This document shows, piece after piece, positions 11,985-25,665 of a stretch of 64,000 nt of DNA. Source of the stretch: Basidiobolus meristosporus CBS 931.73 (Eukaryota > Fungi > Basidiobolomycota); assembly GCA_002104905.1 (NCBI GenBank), contig MCFE01000091.1, positions 1-64,000 on the forward strand. Direction: 5' to 3'. Below the pieces are notes generated by a model, which searched no databases, was not told where the DNA came from, and saw only the letters and a program-made list of their open reading frames with translations. The translations under genes were made by a program, and so were the position numbers. Position 1 is the first letter of the stretch; every line of letters starts with the position of its first letter.

Positions 11985-13171
11985 TTAATCGAAGACAATA
12001 ACGGCACGGAATCTGGGCTTTCCGCTCATCATATCCTCATATGCCTGCTTGGCCTGATCCAGTGTGTAAGTCTGAATCAATGGCTTGGTGTTGGTCAGAG
12101 CGGAGAAGTTCAAAGCATCCTCAGAGTCCTACAATCTTAATTTTAGCATATTGATCTGGTCTTTAGCAAAGCACGCATACATACCGCTTGAGTACCACTT
12201 GGCCACCCACGAATCTGGGCTCTCTTGAGAATTAAGCTTAGCGAGTCGATCTTCATTGGCTCAGGTAGCATAGAGACTACCAACATAGTCCCGTCAAAAG
12301 CCAGACCCTCGACCAATTTTGATACGTCACCTCCGGGCGCGGTCACAATAATCAACTTCGCACCTCCCAACTTCTTAAGCTCCTCCACTGCATCTTGCTT
12401 GGATTGGTCAATGTATACATGTGCGCCCAATTCTTGAGCCAGGTCTTGCTTGCTTGCTGAACTGGAAAGAGCCACTGTACGGTAGCCAAATTTGTTGGCG
12501 TATTGAATGGCGAGATGGCCTAGGCCGCCAATACCGACAACAGCACAAACATCCCCGGGATGGATGTTGTTCATATGTCTCATGGAATTGTAAACAGTAA
12601 TTCCAGCACACAACAATGGTGCAGCCTCGGCAGAGCTTAGCTCGTCGGGGATTCTGCATAAGGCACTTTGTCTGGCCACCATGTATTGCGCGTACCCTCC
12701 GTCTTGTCTAACTCCAGTCACCCAGAACTTCTCACAATCAATGAATGAACCGCGACGGCAAGCTTCACAGGTGCTACAGTAACCAGCATTCCAGCCAACG
12801 CCAATTCGCATACCCTCTTTATAAAGAGAAGAAACCTGGAACTGAAGTCAGCATCCATCACTTAAGGTTTGATCAGCAAACATCTCATACATTCTCACCC
12901 AGCTTCTGGATTCTTCCGACAACCTCATGACCAGGGATCACGGGGTAATTGATACCAGGCATAGCATTGTATTGAAGAACGCAATCACTGAGAAATTCCA
13001 GCGCCATTAGTGAATTGAAATTAACCAGTTCTTCTGTAAAACTTACGAGTGGCAAATTCCGCATGCTTCCACTTTGATCAGAACTTCCCCGGGGCCAGGA
13101 GTAGGAATTGGCTTTTCAACAACCTCCAGGTCACTTCCTGGTTTGCTAAAGACGGCGCACTTCATAGACAT
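11985..13171 (-). CDS. Zinc-dependent medium-chain alcohol dehydrogenase (4 exons)
   Basis: Spliced GICHSD, PGHE, GVGW, structural-Zn motif CSTCEACRRGSFIDC, GIGGLGHLA Rossmann motif, C-terminal RFRAVIVFD* (TAA 11985-11987); three GT-AG introns. Confidence 0.9.
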
Positions 13172-13766
13172 TGATGAATGAAAAATTATGACATTCAGGG
13201 AGAGGAGTTGCGGGGTTTTAAAGCCGATATCCGCAGTTATTTGACTGTCCCAAGTTTACAGAAATTCAAAAGCAGCATCCGATGATTAATTGATATGGAA
13301 ACCCTCTGAAATAGAAAATCAAGGCGAAGGAAGGAAGCGCCAAATGGAAGTTCCAAATCCCCTCTAACAACACCGGAAGCTCCAAGATCCTGATTAGATC
13401 GATGGCTGGCAATTCACGAATGAAGAAAAATGCCACATGCGTGCATTACGTATCCGGTTGCTGGTGAATGTCTGGAGAAAACTTGGCACATCTGGTATTG
13501 TATAGATTAGCTGAAATTATCATATCAGGACCAATTTGGACTGGAGATGCTTTGGCTCACGGCCTCCAGGCGGAAATGCGCATTTATCATGCTGTGCGTC
13601 TCATCATGAGTACCTTTGTTGTAGTGTCCATATACAATAGAAAGCAGAAGTGCTCGATTTCCTTGTAAGTGTACTTTATAGAAATGCTTGGATGTTGATC
13701 CTTGCAAGTACATTTTACAGAGATGCTTGTATGTTGATGCATGCAAAATGTTGTGGAGACCATGGT

Positions 13767-14464
13767 CTAAGGGTATAATAACGGTGATTGTGGATATCTA
13801 TCTAAGGTTAGCTGCAATGGGGTGAACAATGGTCTATATATGGAACTTTTGGCACACAATTCTTCCCAGCTGACCCACCACCATCCATCACAGCAATGAG
13901 GTTCCATAACCTATTGGTAAGAACTGGTTAACAAATGCCTTCACAAATCCATTGAAATGCGAAATGCCTTAGGAATAGGATTTTGTTCAACACAAGTTCC
14001 TTTCATTAGAATGGAAACATAATGTTCTTGATACCGTGGAAGCAAACTATTCACTACGGTAACCAGCGACACATCTTTTAGCCGCAGGCCAGTTTCCTCA
14101 TACGTCTCACCTTGTTTGAAGTTAGTGCTCATGATCAGTGGAAGAAACACAGCTGCTTGGTGCTTACGCATAGCTCCTGCTTCGAAGCTTTCTCCGAACT
14201 CCAAGTGTCCTGCATAAAGCATGAGCATTGCTTTTCATAAGAGAATTTCCAAAGAAACTCACCTCCAGGAAGTTGCCATTCCCCAAGTCCTACCTTCCCT
14301 GGTTCTATTCTTTTTCCAACCAGAAATTTACCAGTCTTGGGATGCTTAACAAACGCCCCAATACCCACTTTAATGGAAGCAGGCTGGGATTTACTCAAGG
14401 TACTGGAGAATCTAAACTGGTTTAAAAGAACACTCATGACTCTGTTGGAAAGCGCACTCTCCAA
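13767..14464 (-). CDS. NUDIX hydrolase (NUDT15/MTH2-like)
   Basis: Splicing rebuilds the Nudix box GGHLEFGESFEAGAMRETYEETG, plus KVGIGAFV, HYVSILM and MEPHCCDGWWWVSWEEL. Start could be the second ATG. Confidence 0.85.
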
Positions 14465-14685
14465 AATTTATGGGCAAGTGATAATCAGTGTGGCTGTAGG
14501 TCGGATCATTAGTTGACCAAGCGGCTTTATTTGCATATTTATTATACATTAATCATCAGTAAGTAAGTGATCTAAATGGGACTTGGTTGATTTGATGGAT
14601 GAGTGATCGCCATATAGCGAGTCGTCTATATTATTTAACGTGAAATTGGACCGATTTAGAAGATGCTGTCGAACCGAAGCTATGT

Positions 14686-16050
14686 TTAACGTTGCTTCTT
14701 CTTCATCCATTTCTTTTCCTTCTGGAAACGTCCTCCTGACTTACGGCCAGACTGTGGAGTACCGTCGATCAATCCATCGAATAGCTTACTTGTGTTAGAG
14801 TCCGCATTTCTCATACGCTTTCCAACCCCCTAGAACCATAAGAATCAGATCCAAGAACATGTCAGTCGTGTAAGATACTGATATCATACCTGTGATGGAC
14901 CAGAATACTCGTCCTCGTCATTGTCATCGTCATCACGAAGTTGCTGTCTAGTCTTCTTTCTCTTGAGAAGGCTGAGCGAGTTCTTTTCCTGCTCCTCCAC
15001 AGCTTGGATAGCCGCGAGGTTGGTGAAGTCATTCAAGTGTTCGAACTCGTCCTCAAAGCGTTTGACGCCACCCTTTCTGATCTTCTTCATCTCCTTCTTG
15101 GAAAGCGTCATACGAATGAAGTTCTCTTCTTCATAGGCTTCTCTCTCTCTCATCTTTCTATCCTCTTCATTGGAAATTCCGATACCCTCATTGATGCCAC
15201 TGTAGGCATTGACCTCCTCTGGACGATCGTCATACTCAGCAATAAGATCTTGCATCATGCGAGACTTGGAAGCTCTCTGGAGTAGTCGAGCTTGCTCGCG
15301 ATCCTGCTTAGATTTAGCAGTTGAGCCCTCGTCGAAGTGAACAGGCGCCAACTTAGGTGCTTTATATATTCCAGAAGCAGCCGCCTCTTCTTCGTCTATA
15401 AATCAACGAAAACAGGTCAAACACAGCCATCAATATGTGCCAAATAAGCAATACACTACCTTCTTTAGTTTTGGCATTTTTGTCGACCAGGTTTTGAGGG
15501 TTGGGCTTGAAGGCAAAGGGATCGCTGACGCTACCCTTTCCTGCCTCTTCATTAAGTCCCTCAATGCCAATGGTGGCTGCGCGAACAAGTTTGTCGATTT
15601 GGTATTTGAGCTTTTGCTCTACTGGCTTCATTTTTTCCAATATCACACGCAGTTGAATAAGATCATCGACGACGGCATGGTTCTCAATAGACTTTCCTTC
15701 AAGTTTAAGGTAGATGAAGAAGGCGATGTCGGTAAGGTATTGAAGCAAAATATCTAGTAGACAGGAAAATGTGAATATTCTAGAGGTTGAAGCAGTGTCC
15801 AGCGTTGGTGGCAAGACTTACGATATTTTACATCAAGGAAACTAACTCCTTTGTCAACAGCAAGTTCATTGCTAGTAATCCTAGAGCAACCGAAGAAAGT
15901 CAACATCTTGTGAGCAAGTCTTTAGAACTCAACGGAGGCTTACTTTGCTTGTAATGGGTTGACCTGTTTCTTAACCTCCTGGATGGTCGACTTCAAATCA
16001 CCCAAGAGTTGAACGAATTCAGGAGTTTGCGGATGGACCTCTAGCGCCAT
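14686..16050 (-). CDS. LCP5: Neuroguidin/Lcp5 (Sas10/Utp3/C1D family, SSU processome)
   Basis: LRVILEKMKPVEQKLKYQIDKLVRAA, MAPVHFDE, SRMMQDLIAEYDDRPEE, YEEENFIR; spliced basic C-terminus ending KKKQR*. Confidence 0.85.
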
Positions 16051-17547
16051 TGTGTGATACTGTATGCCTGGTACAGCCAAGACTATCCAGCAGCAGCAGA
16101 TATTACAGTGCTCACTTTTTTTTTTCTGCCGCGTTTAGACTTTTTTTTCGACCATGATTAAATGAAACCAGAGTTGAAATCCAATCACACCCACCAAGTA
16201 TTCCAGAACCTGGTATTTCGGAACGGAGCATATAGCGGCAGAATCCTCCAAATGCCGAGAAACAAACCAAACAAGTATTCACAGGTGATAACATCACTGT
16301 TGAACCAGTTCGCATGACCCTACAACACTCTAGTTGGTAAAAATCAAGGCTGTGCGACTTTCGCAGTTATCTCATTAACATGCCCTACGCAATGGCTTAT
16401 TCAATGGCCTATTCAATAGGTCGATCATTGACACCGGTGCAGCAGGCCAACTTGATTATCGCTGGTCTATACTCCACTGAGTTTCCTCGATCACACTCGA
16501 GGTCATCGTGGGTTACAAATCAGCACAATCTATACTTTTTGACGGGAATAGAATATTCGCAGCTCCCCCACATGAGAACCTCGGCTATTAGCAGGTAAGA
16601 ACAAGAAGCTCGGGGTGTATAGTGCACACTCTGAGCCAAATCTCTTTTAATGTCGTGGGAACTGGCTACAGTGATACACATTTACTCAGATTTGTGGGAC
16701 TAAAGTGGGATTTTATTGGACTGACATGAGTTCACATGAGCGTCTTCGCCCTCTTTGACTAGACACATATTAAAATTAGCAACAGTGAGTGTTCAGGTTC
16801 ATGTGTGTGAAAAGCATCTCGGATGATGGATCAAGAGACATTCAAGGGATGTCATTTTGGTCGGTCCATCTATAGTTCGGATAAATTTAGGAGTACAATG
16901 AATTTCAATTAATTTTCCAATATCAGCCCTTCATATATTTCCATCTACTGACATATCCATCGAATTCCAGCGACCGTTCCACCCACGGTGAGGAGGCAGC
17001 TCGGCAATAAAGTGTGAAAATATCAACTGCAAGCGGACAACGCAAAAGATGATTATCGACCATATGAAACATCAATCTACTATGGGCTCATTTGTCTTAA
17101 TCCCCTCGACTCATGGTAATCGCGAGTAGCCCTCAATTGTTCCTGAGTCGATGTTGGATATGTGGCAGTTGGCTTTGAGCTGTTTGGTTTGGCCCTGCGT
17201 AGGAGGTCGGTGCCTTGCCATTCCATGCATCTACTTGGTCGCGTTCTACTCCTGTCTCTGCTGTTGTGATATGATTGAAGATATAAATGTATTGGCGATT
17301 AAACAATATACCTGACTGAAGGTGATTCGTAACAAGAGATCCTATGTCATTCCTTCATTGGCTGCTCTGCTCAATTTTTGTGAAACATTCCTTCTTGGTT
17401 AGTGAAATATATGGGGAAGGTTAGTATATAAGGCCAGATGATTCTCCAATTGTTACTTAGGCCCCCACAACCTCATCGTTTTCTACTTCGTCAATCTCGA
17501 AACCAAGCAACCACTCCTCTCCTTACTTCCTGAATTTACTGACAAAC

Positions 17548-19629
17548 ATGGTCATTGTTGAGCAAGCAGTTCACCCCAAGTTCGATCTCAAAGATGATAA
17601 GCACAAACAGTACAATGAGGCCTCAGAGCATCAATCGAAGACCCTACCTGCAGGCTTCTCCGACCCTGATCCAATTCATCCAGTACCCAAGAGGTTAACT
17701 GGCTCCAACTATCCTACTCCTCATATCAGCTCTCTTGAGCAGTATAAGGCCATGTATAAGCAAAGTATCGAAGATCCAAACGCCTTCTTTGACAAACTTG
17801 CCAAAGAGCTGCTCCACTGGTCCAAGCCTTTCGAGGCTGTTCGCTCAGGCTCTTTCCACGAGGGCGATGTTTCTTGGTTCCATGATGGAGAGATCAACGC
17901 TTGCTACAATTGCGTGGATCGCCATGCCTTGAAGGACCCCAACAGAGTGGCCATCATCTATGAACAGGACGAACCCGGATGCGAGGCTCTCAAGATTACC
18001 TACCAAGAGTTGCTGCGTGAAGTCTCCCGTCTTGCTAACCTGTTCCAATCCTATGGCTTGAAGAAGGGTGACACCGTAGCCATTTACTTGCCTATGGTAC
18101 CTGAAGCGGTCATTTCCATGCTCGCCTGTGCTAGAATTGGTCTCGTTCACAACGTGGTGTTTGCCGGTTTCTCTGCTGAATCATTGGCTGAACGTATTCA
18201 AGATGCTTCTTGCAAGCTTTTGATTACATGCGATGAAGGTAAACGTGGTGGAAAAGCTATTCACACAAAGAAGATCGCAGACGAAGCTTTGAAGAGCTGC
18301 CCAACCATCCAGAAAGTTCTCGTGGTCCAAAGAACTGGTAACCCTGAGATCGTCTTGGACTCCGAAAAGGAAGGCTGGTGGCACGTAGAGTTGCAGAAGG
18401 CTCGTCCTTACTGCGTCCCTACTCCCATGCACCCTGAAGATCCCTTGTTCTTACTTTACACCTCAGGATCTACTGGCAAGCCCAAGGGTGTCCTTCATAC
18501 CACCGGTGGATACTTGTTGGGAACTACCGCCACTGTGAAGTACATCTTTGATCTTCACGAGGGTGACATCTTCGGGTGCATGGCTGATGTTGGATGGATC
18601 ACTGGCCACTCATACATCGTCTACGGCCCTCTTTCCAACGGTGTAACTACCGTTCTCTTCGAGTCGATTCCTACCTACCCCAACGGAAGCCGTTACTGGG
18701 ACTTGGTTTCCAAGCACAAGCTTACCCAATTCTATACCGCACCCACTGCTATCAGAGCCCTAAGAAGATTAGGTGACCAACTTGTTGAAGGTTACGACCT
18801 ATCGTCATTGCGTGTGATTGGAAGTGTTGGTGAGCCCATCAATCCGGAAGCTTGGAACTGGTACAACACCGTGGTTGGAAAGGGCGAGTGCGCGATTGTA
18901 GATACCTACTGGCAAACCGAAACTGGATCTATCATTGTTACTCCATTGCCTGGTGCTATTCCTACCAAACCTGGCAGCGCTACCTTGCCTTTCTTCGGTA
19001 TCGATGTTGTGATTTTGGATCCTCACACTGGAGAGGAGCTTGTTGGTAACGATGTTACTGGTGTCTTGGCCGTCAGAAGCCCCTGGCCATCTATGGCTCG
19101 TACCATCTACAACGACCATCAGCGTTATCTGAACACATATACTCGTGCCTACCAGGGTTATTACTTCACTGGAGATGGCGCTACCCGTGACAAGGATGGC
19201 TACATCTGGGTCCGTGGACGTGTTGACGATGTTATTAACGTTTCTGGACATCGTCTTAGTACCGCTGAGATCGAATCTGCTCTTATTCTTCACGAGGCTG
19301 TCGCCGAAGCAGCAGTTGTTGCTATGAACGATGAGTTGACAGGCCAAGCCATTTGCTGCTACATCACTGCTAAGCCCGAATTTAGTGATAAGGAGGACGC
19401 GGTGTTGACTAAAGAGCTTGTCGCCGCTATCCGTAAGCACATCGGACCATTCGCCACTCCCAAGAAGATCTTCATTGTTCCTGATCTTCCCAAAACCAGA
19501 AGTGGCAAGATCATGCGTCGCATTTTGAGAAAGATCGTTGCTGGTGAAGCAGATTCCCTTGGTGACCTCAGCACCGTAGCCGATCCCGCAATCGTTGACG
19601 TTTTGATTGCCAAAGTTACCGGTAACTGA
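17548..19629 (+). CDS. ACS: Acetyl-CoA synthetase (AMP-forming), intronless
   Basis: 693-aa ORF with [29 protein letters not shown] and [11 protein letters not shown] motifs. Confidence 0.97.
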   Translation: MVIVEQAVHPKFDLKDDKHKQYNEASEHQSKTLPAGFSDPDPIHPVPKRLTGSNYPTPHISSLEQYKAMYKQSIEDPNAFFDKLAKELLHWSKPFEAVRSGSFHEGDVSWFHDGEINACYNCVDRHALKDPNRVAIIYEQDEPGCEALKITYQELLREVSRLANLFQSYGLKKGDTVAIYLPMVPEAVISMLACARIGLVHNVVFAGFSAESLAERIQDASCKLLITCDEGKRGGKAIHTKKIADEALKSCPTIQKVLVVQRTGNPEIVLDSEKEGWWHVELQKARPYCVPTPMHPEDPLFLLYTSGSTGKPKGVLHTTGGYLLGTTATVKYIFDLHEGDIFGCMADVGWITGHSYIVYGPLSNGVTTVLFESIPTYPNGSRYWDLVSKHKLTQFYTAPTAIRALRRLGDQLVEGYDLSSLRVIGSVGEPINPEAWNWYNTVVGKGECAIVDTYWQTETGSIIVTPLPGAIPTKPGSATLPFFGIDVVILDPHTGEELVGNDVTGVLAVRSPWPSMARTIYNDHQRYLNTYTRAYQGYYFTGDGATRDKDGYIWVRGRVDDVINVSGHRLSTAEIESALILHEAVAEAAVVAMNDELTGQAICCYITAKPEFSDKEDAVLTKELVAAIRKHIGPFATPKKIFIVPDLPKTRSGKIMRRILRKIVAGEADSLGDLSTVADPAIVDVLIAKVTGN

Positions 19630-20180
19630 AACAGCAATGGCCACCACACTATGCATATCCAATAATATCAACTCTTCAAACTGACATGCACATCTTTAAA
19701 TAGTCCACACTCATTGCAGCTAATCATATCAGCTAGCAACTGTTGTAATTATCGAAGTAATCAATAAAAAGCCCAACATTTGCCGTATAAAGCAAAATCA
19801 TTAGATTCGCGCATTCAGCCGACATGCAGTTGACCCCATGTCCTTAAGCCATTTGCAACCTTCATGTTGATTCATATAAAGTTTGACACGTGTACAAATC
19901 CTGTGCGCCCCAAGAGTAGAACATTGAAAATTAATATCACTGTTTTGGTATGATGAAGAGCTTGTGGAACAACCTCCGATTTTTGCCATTTATATTCACA
20001 GCTCAGCATAAATCAAACTCCTTCCAAAGTTCATTAATCTCGTCATTTTGTTTAAATCTAATCATTTAGTCCCTTTTAATCAAATCATGCTAACAGATGC
20101 CAATTATTGTTCTATTTGATTCGTGTATGCTCCATTTACCCAACCGTTAGCTACCAAGTTCTTGATAACATATCTTCTAA

Positions 20181-20880
20181 ATGGAAGAAAAGATTCGAAT
20201 CAACTGCATTGCTGTTGTAGGAAAGCAGGTAACGCTTTCAGAATCCCCTTTCGATTATAATTATATACTTTTAAATGGCTCATCTGGCTGGATTCCAATG
20301 TTTATCTACTTTCTATACACAAGTAGAACAACCCTCTGTACCTCAAAAGCTTCGATCCTCAGCAACCCGATTTAAAGTATCACTATATTGCTCACACCTC
20401 TTGTGATGTTATCGAAGAGAGAGGTACTGAGAATTTATTGAATTTAATTGTGAAAAGAAATTTACACCTTCTCAAGCCGCCTCCGCCTCCAAAACAAACG
20501 ACCTTTACCTTGGTCTGCTTTATACCATTGATGACTTGGCAGTGTAAGTACATGTTGGCTAGTGCATATTAGCGATAGATTGTAATCAACTGGACCATCA
20601 GGTACGGCTATATGACGAATACTCGCATCAAATTCATCCTTGTGTTGACACTTCGCGAATCCATCATTCGCGATGCCGAAGTCCGCAACGTAAGTAATGC
20701 CTCTAGATGATGTCTAGTATAGCGAAGCATAACCAGATTTTCCAGATTTTCAACAGGATCCATGCCGCTTACATATCCCTCATATGCAACCCATTCTATG
20801 AGATGGACAATAATAAGTTTATCAAGAGTCCACGCTTTGCTTCATTGATAGAAATGATAGGAGATAGCAGAGATAATTAG
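20181..20880 (+). CDS. TRAPPC2L: TRAPP complex subunit 2-like (sedlin/longin family), 5 exons
   Basis: Spliced product MEEKIRINCIAVVGKQNNPLYL...HTSCDVIEER...LYLGLLY...YGYMTNTRIKFILV...YISLICNPFY; TAG at 20878-20880. Confidence 0.85.
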
Positions 20881-21177
20881 CCCTCACCATGACTATTGGT
20901 TTTCCTTCATTCTACGTAAAATAATAAATGCTCTCAAACTAATTACAAGATTTATTGCATTGGTTTGCTATCTGGCAATGTGTGATCTATCACGCATCGA
21001 ATTGAAGTGAAGTGCTGCGCGAATTTTCAAGAAATGATAATCTATTTGTTTTGACATGTCGATCGAGAATCAAAATCGTAAACAATCAACGTGTATGCGT
21101 GACTTCATTTTCTAGGCAGTTGTCAACACTCCGTGTGATATCCAGGTTCGTCTCTTAGCCGTTGATAACCCTTTGAA

Positions 21178-24100
21178 ATGTTAGGCGAGACGTACGACCC
21201 AAATGTACTGCAGGAATTTTACCCTGATTTATTCAAAAAATATTCAACGCTAAAACCAGGTATTTCTAGCACCCGTTTGTGCTGCTTTCCTACACTGAGA
21301 GAACTAATGTCAAGCAACAGCTACCATATATGCTGCCTTGAATGAAGCAGAATTCGATCAAGAGGCTGCTTCGGAGCTATTGGACGTGTTAGCTTTGACG
21401 AAAAAAAGCATCCACTCCGACGTTGCTCAAAAACGCCCAGGATCCTTCGAAATCGTCATTACCAAAAAACCCAAAAGCGAGCAATATCAAGATTTTACTG
21501 GAGTATTGAATAGACATGCGCCGTCCAAGGATAGCTCCAAAAATGTATTTACCCTACACTGTTCTCTTGATTGGGTAAGGACGTAATTCTGAGCTATTTA
21601 TTGAAACAGGAAGTACACACGCATGTACCACGACTTGACAAAGGAAAGGGAAAGCTTATCGAGGTTGGTCCAATCATTGGTTTCTAGATATTAAGCGGGA
21701 CTTCCAACTAACCTCTTACGATTAGGATGCTACGCTGACAACTTTCGATGGTAAATATCCAGCCCAAACTACAAGCCAAGAGGTGGCACCTCTTATGGAT
21801 GGAGACAACGATTCCATATCGAATTTACAGACCGATTCGTCAGATGAGTTTCTCTCAGAGTCCAAACTTGTCAAACGTCCACAAAGGACACAGGCAAAAA
21901 AAAGAACGAAACTCGAGCTGGATGATGATGATGATGATGATGTCAAGATGAAGGTGGAGCCCAAACCAGCTTCCAAACTTTCGGTACCAAGATACAAGTG
22001 TCCAGCCGAGGAAATCCTTGAGAATGAACACTTGGAAATTTTTGGAGAAGAGCCCTCTGAGGTTGATGATCTTCATATCCCCTGTCGTACCCTCGATGAC
22101 TTTGTGATTTATGATGTGGCCAGAAACAATCAGATCGTTAGCATCGAAGAGATCGATGAAGAAGGAAGAGAGTTAAGAGCATCGGGCAACGTTCAAGCCA
22201 TTATGGTTTCCGATGATGGCCCACGAGATGGAGGGAACGTCATCGAAGAAGAAGACGATGACGAAGATTTTGAGATCGACGAAAATGGAGATTTGAACCA
22301 AACCGCACCAAGTCGCTCGCAGCGTGTAAAGCTCAGCACTATCTTCTATTGGGAGGTGCAGCTGCTGGATAACGGCATGAGTGCTATCTGGTTGCGAACT
22401 CAATATTCCTGGTACAAACTCGTACGACCCACCGAGAAGTACGAACGGTTTTATATCGACATATTCAAGAGAATCCGTCTGGCCAACTTACTGATCACCA
22501 AGATGGTTAATAACACAACTGCTACTTATCAAGATTTCTTGTCTTCTATGAACCAATCCCCAGTCGGGTCATCCAACTCCGACGATATCGGTGTCAGATT
22601 TTACGAACAGGACATTATCAACAACATTGATTATATTTGCGAGGAGATCAACGTTTATCTGGAGGATCAGGATGATTACACCATTTTTAATAGCCCGCTG
22701 CTCCATAAACTCACCGAAATTCGAAATCAGGATGAGGGTATTGGTATGGTTCGTGAGCCGAAGCCGATCGACGTTCGCGACAGTGCTACTCGTAAGACGA
22801 TCCGTAAAATCAAAAAATCCGAGCCCGAGGAGAACCCGGCCTGTGTCACCTCACACATCAGGAACTTGGCCAAGGGACTATTCACTCGTCATATTGTCAT
22901 GTCCAAGCATCTTGCCGATGTTGTGGCTGAGATAGAAGAGGTCAAAAAGACCGGTGACTCTAGCATCATCGAAGACGCTGTCGTTGAAGTTATCCCGCAG
23001 AAAAGGCGGGGCAACTTATGTAAGGACAAGAAGGTCTCATGGATCGGAGAAAGCGTGGGGAGCCTTCGGTCCAAGACGTACTACTCTGGTGCACAGATAG
23101 GTGAGGTTGAGCTGGCTATCGGGGATTGCGTGGCCTTGGATACCCGTGCAACAGAGCCAGATCTCGTTAAAATCCAATACATGTACCAAGATACATTCGG
23201 AGTGAAATACATCCACGGCCGAACATTGATGAGTGGAAAAAAGACAGTCTTGGAGGATGTGTCACATCCCTTCGAACTGTTCTTAGTAGACCAATGTGAC
23301 ACCTGGAAAATGTCATCTATCGTGAAGAAGTGTGAACTCAAGTTCCTCGAACCTGAAGAAGTTGAGCCACAGCAACAACCTCATCCCGATTTCTATTTCA
23401 TCAGGTACGTGGATGGTTTTATTTTGACCCAAATTGAAATGTTAGTGACGGTGTTCCTAGGTATTGGTACGATCCTTTATCGCCCACCTTTGAGGATATT
23501 GCAAAACACGAGCTTCTCCCCAACGGAGGCAAGAAGCTTAAGAGATGCTATGCATGCGACCTCGAACGTCTAGAGGAATCCAAGAAATTCCCTCACTCGG
23601 TCAACAAAAAAGGGGTTCGCGGCTTTGTCTTCAAGGGATATGAATATCATTTGTACGATTTCGTTTATCTTCTTCCTTCTGCCCCATATGGACCCTATGA
23701 TATTGGGCAGATTGTTGAGATATTAAGCTCCCAAGAAGATATGAGTGATCTAAGTACGGTGAAGATTCGTCGACTTGCTAGATGCGACACTCTCCTGCCT
23801 AAGTATACGAGCAAAACGCCTCAAACCAACTTCGACAGAAAGGATGCTCGTCAACTGTATATAACCGAACAATATGTCACTGTCAACATTGCCAAGCTTG
23901 AGGGAACTTGTTGGGTTCAACATCAAGACACAATCTCAGATCTCGATGCCTACAAAGATCAAGTGGACACCTTTTATATATCCGGACATCGAGCACATAT
24001 ATCAGGCAAAGAACCGCTGGAGGATATTCGTGCTTCTTCTATTCGTATTTGTGGGGCCTGTCAATCTGCCCGTGACACAAATGAAAGGCACGCGAAGAGG

Positions 24101-25561
24101 CTTCAGAGAAAACGCAAACCACTGGCTGCGTTGGATATCTTCTCTGGATGCGGTGGCCTTACTTGTGGTTTGAAACAATCCGGGGTTGTTGAGACCAAAT
24201 ATGCCATTGAGTTTTACTCCAGTGCAGCATTGAGCTTTGAAAGAAACTTCCCCGGGGCCAACGTTTACAACCAGTGCGCCAATCTTTTGCTTGATCGTGC
24301 AATTGCAGTTCATCACCGTGGTGAGGAGCTCCCGCCTATCAAGGATCACATGAACCGTGTGATGCCGGAAATGCCAGCACCTCAAGATGTTGATTTCATT
24401 TATTGTGGACCGCCTTGTCAAGGATTCAGCGGTATCAATCGTTACAAGAAAGCCAACGATATCAAGAATTCGTTGATTGCCACCTCGCTCAGTTATGTGG
24501 ATTACTACAGACCTGAATATTTCCTTTTGGAGAACGTTCGAGGAATGTTGGCATTTAAACTTGGTGGAGAACAGGATGGCACTAACCGAATCAAGGGTGG
24601 TATCAAGATGGGCGTGGTCAAGTTTATTCTGCGTGCCCTCACATCCATGGGTTACCAGACGCGGTTCAGCGTTCAGCAAGCCGGACACCACGGTCTTCCA
24701 CAAAGCCGTCGGCGTCTGTTCTTCTGGGGCGCCAAGCGCGGCTCCAATTTACCGGAGTTCCCACAACCCTCCAACTGCTTCCCTAAACAAGGCACTCTCA
24801 ACATCAACCTACCAAATGGGAAGAGTTTCACCGCAATTAAGCGTACGATAGGACACGCACCGCATTTTCCTGTTACTGTTGCTGATGCCATTTGCGATCT
24901 CCCTGGATTCGAATATCGTAATCCGGAGGCCGTCTACAAGGTTGAAGATCCCCGGCCTAGTATCTTCAAAAAGCTACCTGTTGCAAGTGGTGGTTACATT
25001 GGCTCAATGGAAATGGACTATACCAACCCACCACTAACCGAGTACCAACGACAGCTACGTAGAAATGCCCACAAACTGCATAACCATGTTACGCGAGGTT
25101 TCAATGATCTCACCACAGAACGAATCTGCCGGGTTCCGATGTGGGCAGGGGCGGATCACTCCAACCTTCCGGAGAAACTGAAACCGTGGTGTCTTAGCAG
25201 TCCTGACTCAGCAGCAAGTAGACACAACGGCTGGAAGGGGCTTTTCGGTAGATTGGATTTCGATGGCCACTTCCAGACAGCATTAACGGATATGCAGCCT
25301 ATGGGCAAGCAGGGTACCGTAATTCATCCCAACCAAGAGCGTGTACTGACCGTGAGGGAATGCGCCAGAGCTCAAGGCTTTCCGGATGATTTTATATTCC
25401 ATAGCTTTAACAAACAAGATGTTAAAGATCTGCATCGTCAAGTTGGTAATGCAGTGCCTCCGCCACTGGCCGCTGCTCTTGGTAGACAACTGAAGGCGGC
25501 TTTAATGGAAGCACTGACAGACGAATCTGAATCAGATGACGAGGAGCCACCTGAGGACTAG
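21178..25561 (+). CDS. DNMT1: DNA (cytosine-5)-methyltransferase, DNMT1 class (RFTS-BAH-BAH-MTase)
   Basis: RFTS-like region (RTLDDFVIYD...WLRTQYSWYKL), two BAH-like regions (IGDCV; YDFVY...IGQI), and MTase motifs DIFSGCGG, GPPCQGFS, LLENVRG, QSRRR, RVLTVRECARAQGFP, QVGNAVPPPL. The 5' exons (from ATG 21178) are inferred from in-frame GT-AG junctions and are less certain. Confidence 0.93.
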
Positions 25562-25665
25562 ATCAATCTGGCTTTATTCCTTGTTCAAGTCCCGTAGAAT
25601 TTTGTAACTCTCACCTTGTTTTTATTTCACTTCTTATAGATATCGGATTAATAAACTATTAAACG

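Noticed and set aside
16112-16598. Small ORFs between LCP5 and ACS
   Set aside because: No recognisable motif or convincing splice structure; probably promoter-region noise.
18805-19671. Long antisense ORFs (also 24002-24703, 31720-32746, 37024-37863, 50608-51363)
   Set aside because: Shadow frames of well-supported genes on the opposite strand or in another frame, explained by codon bias.
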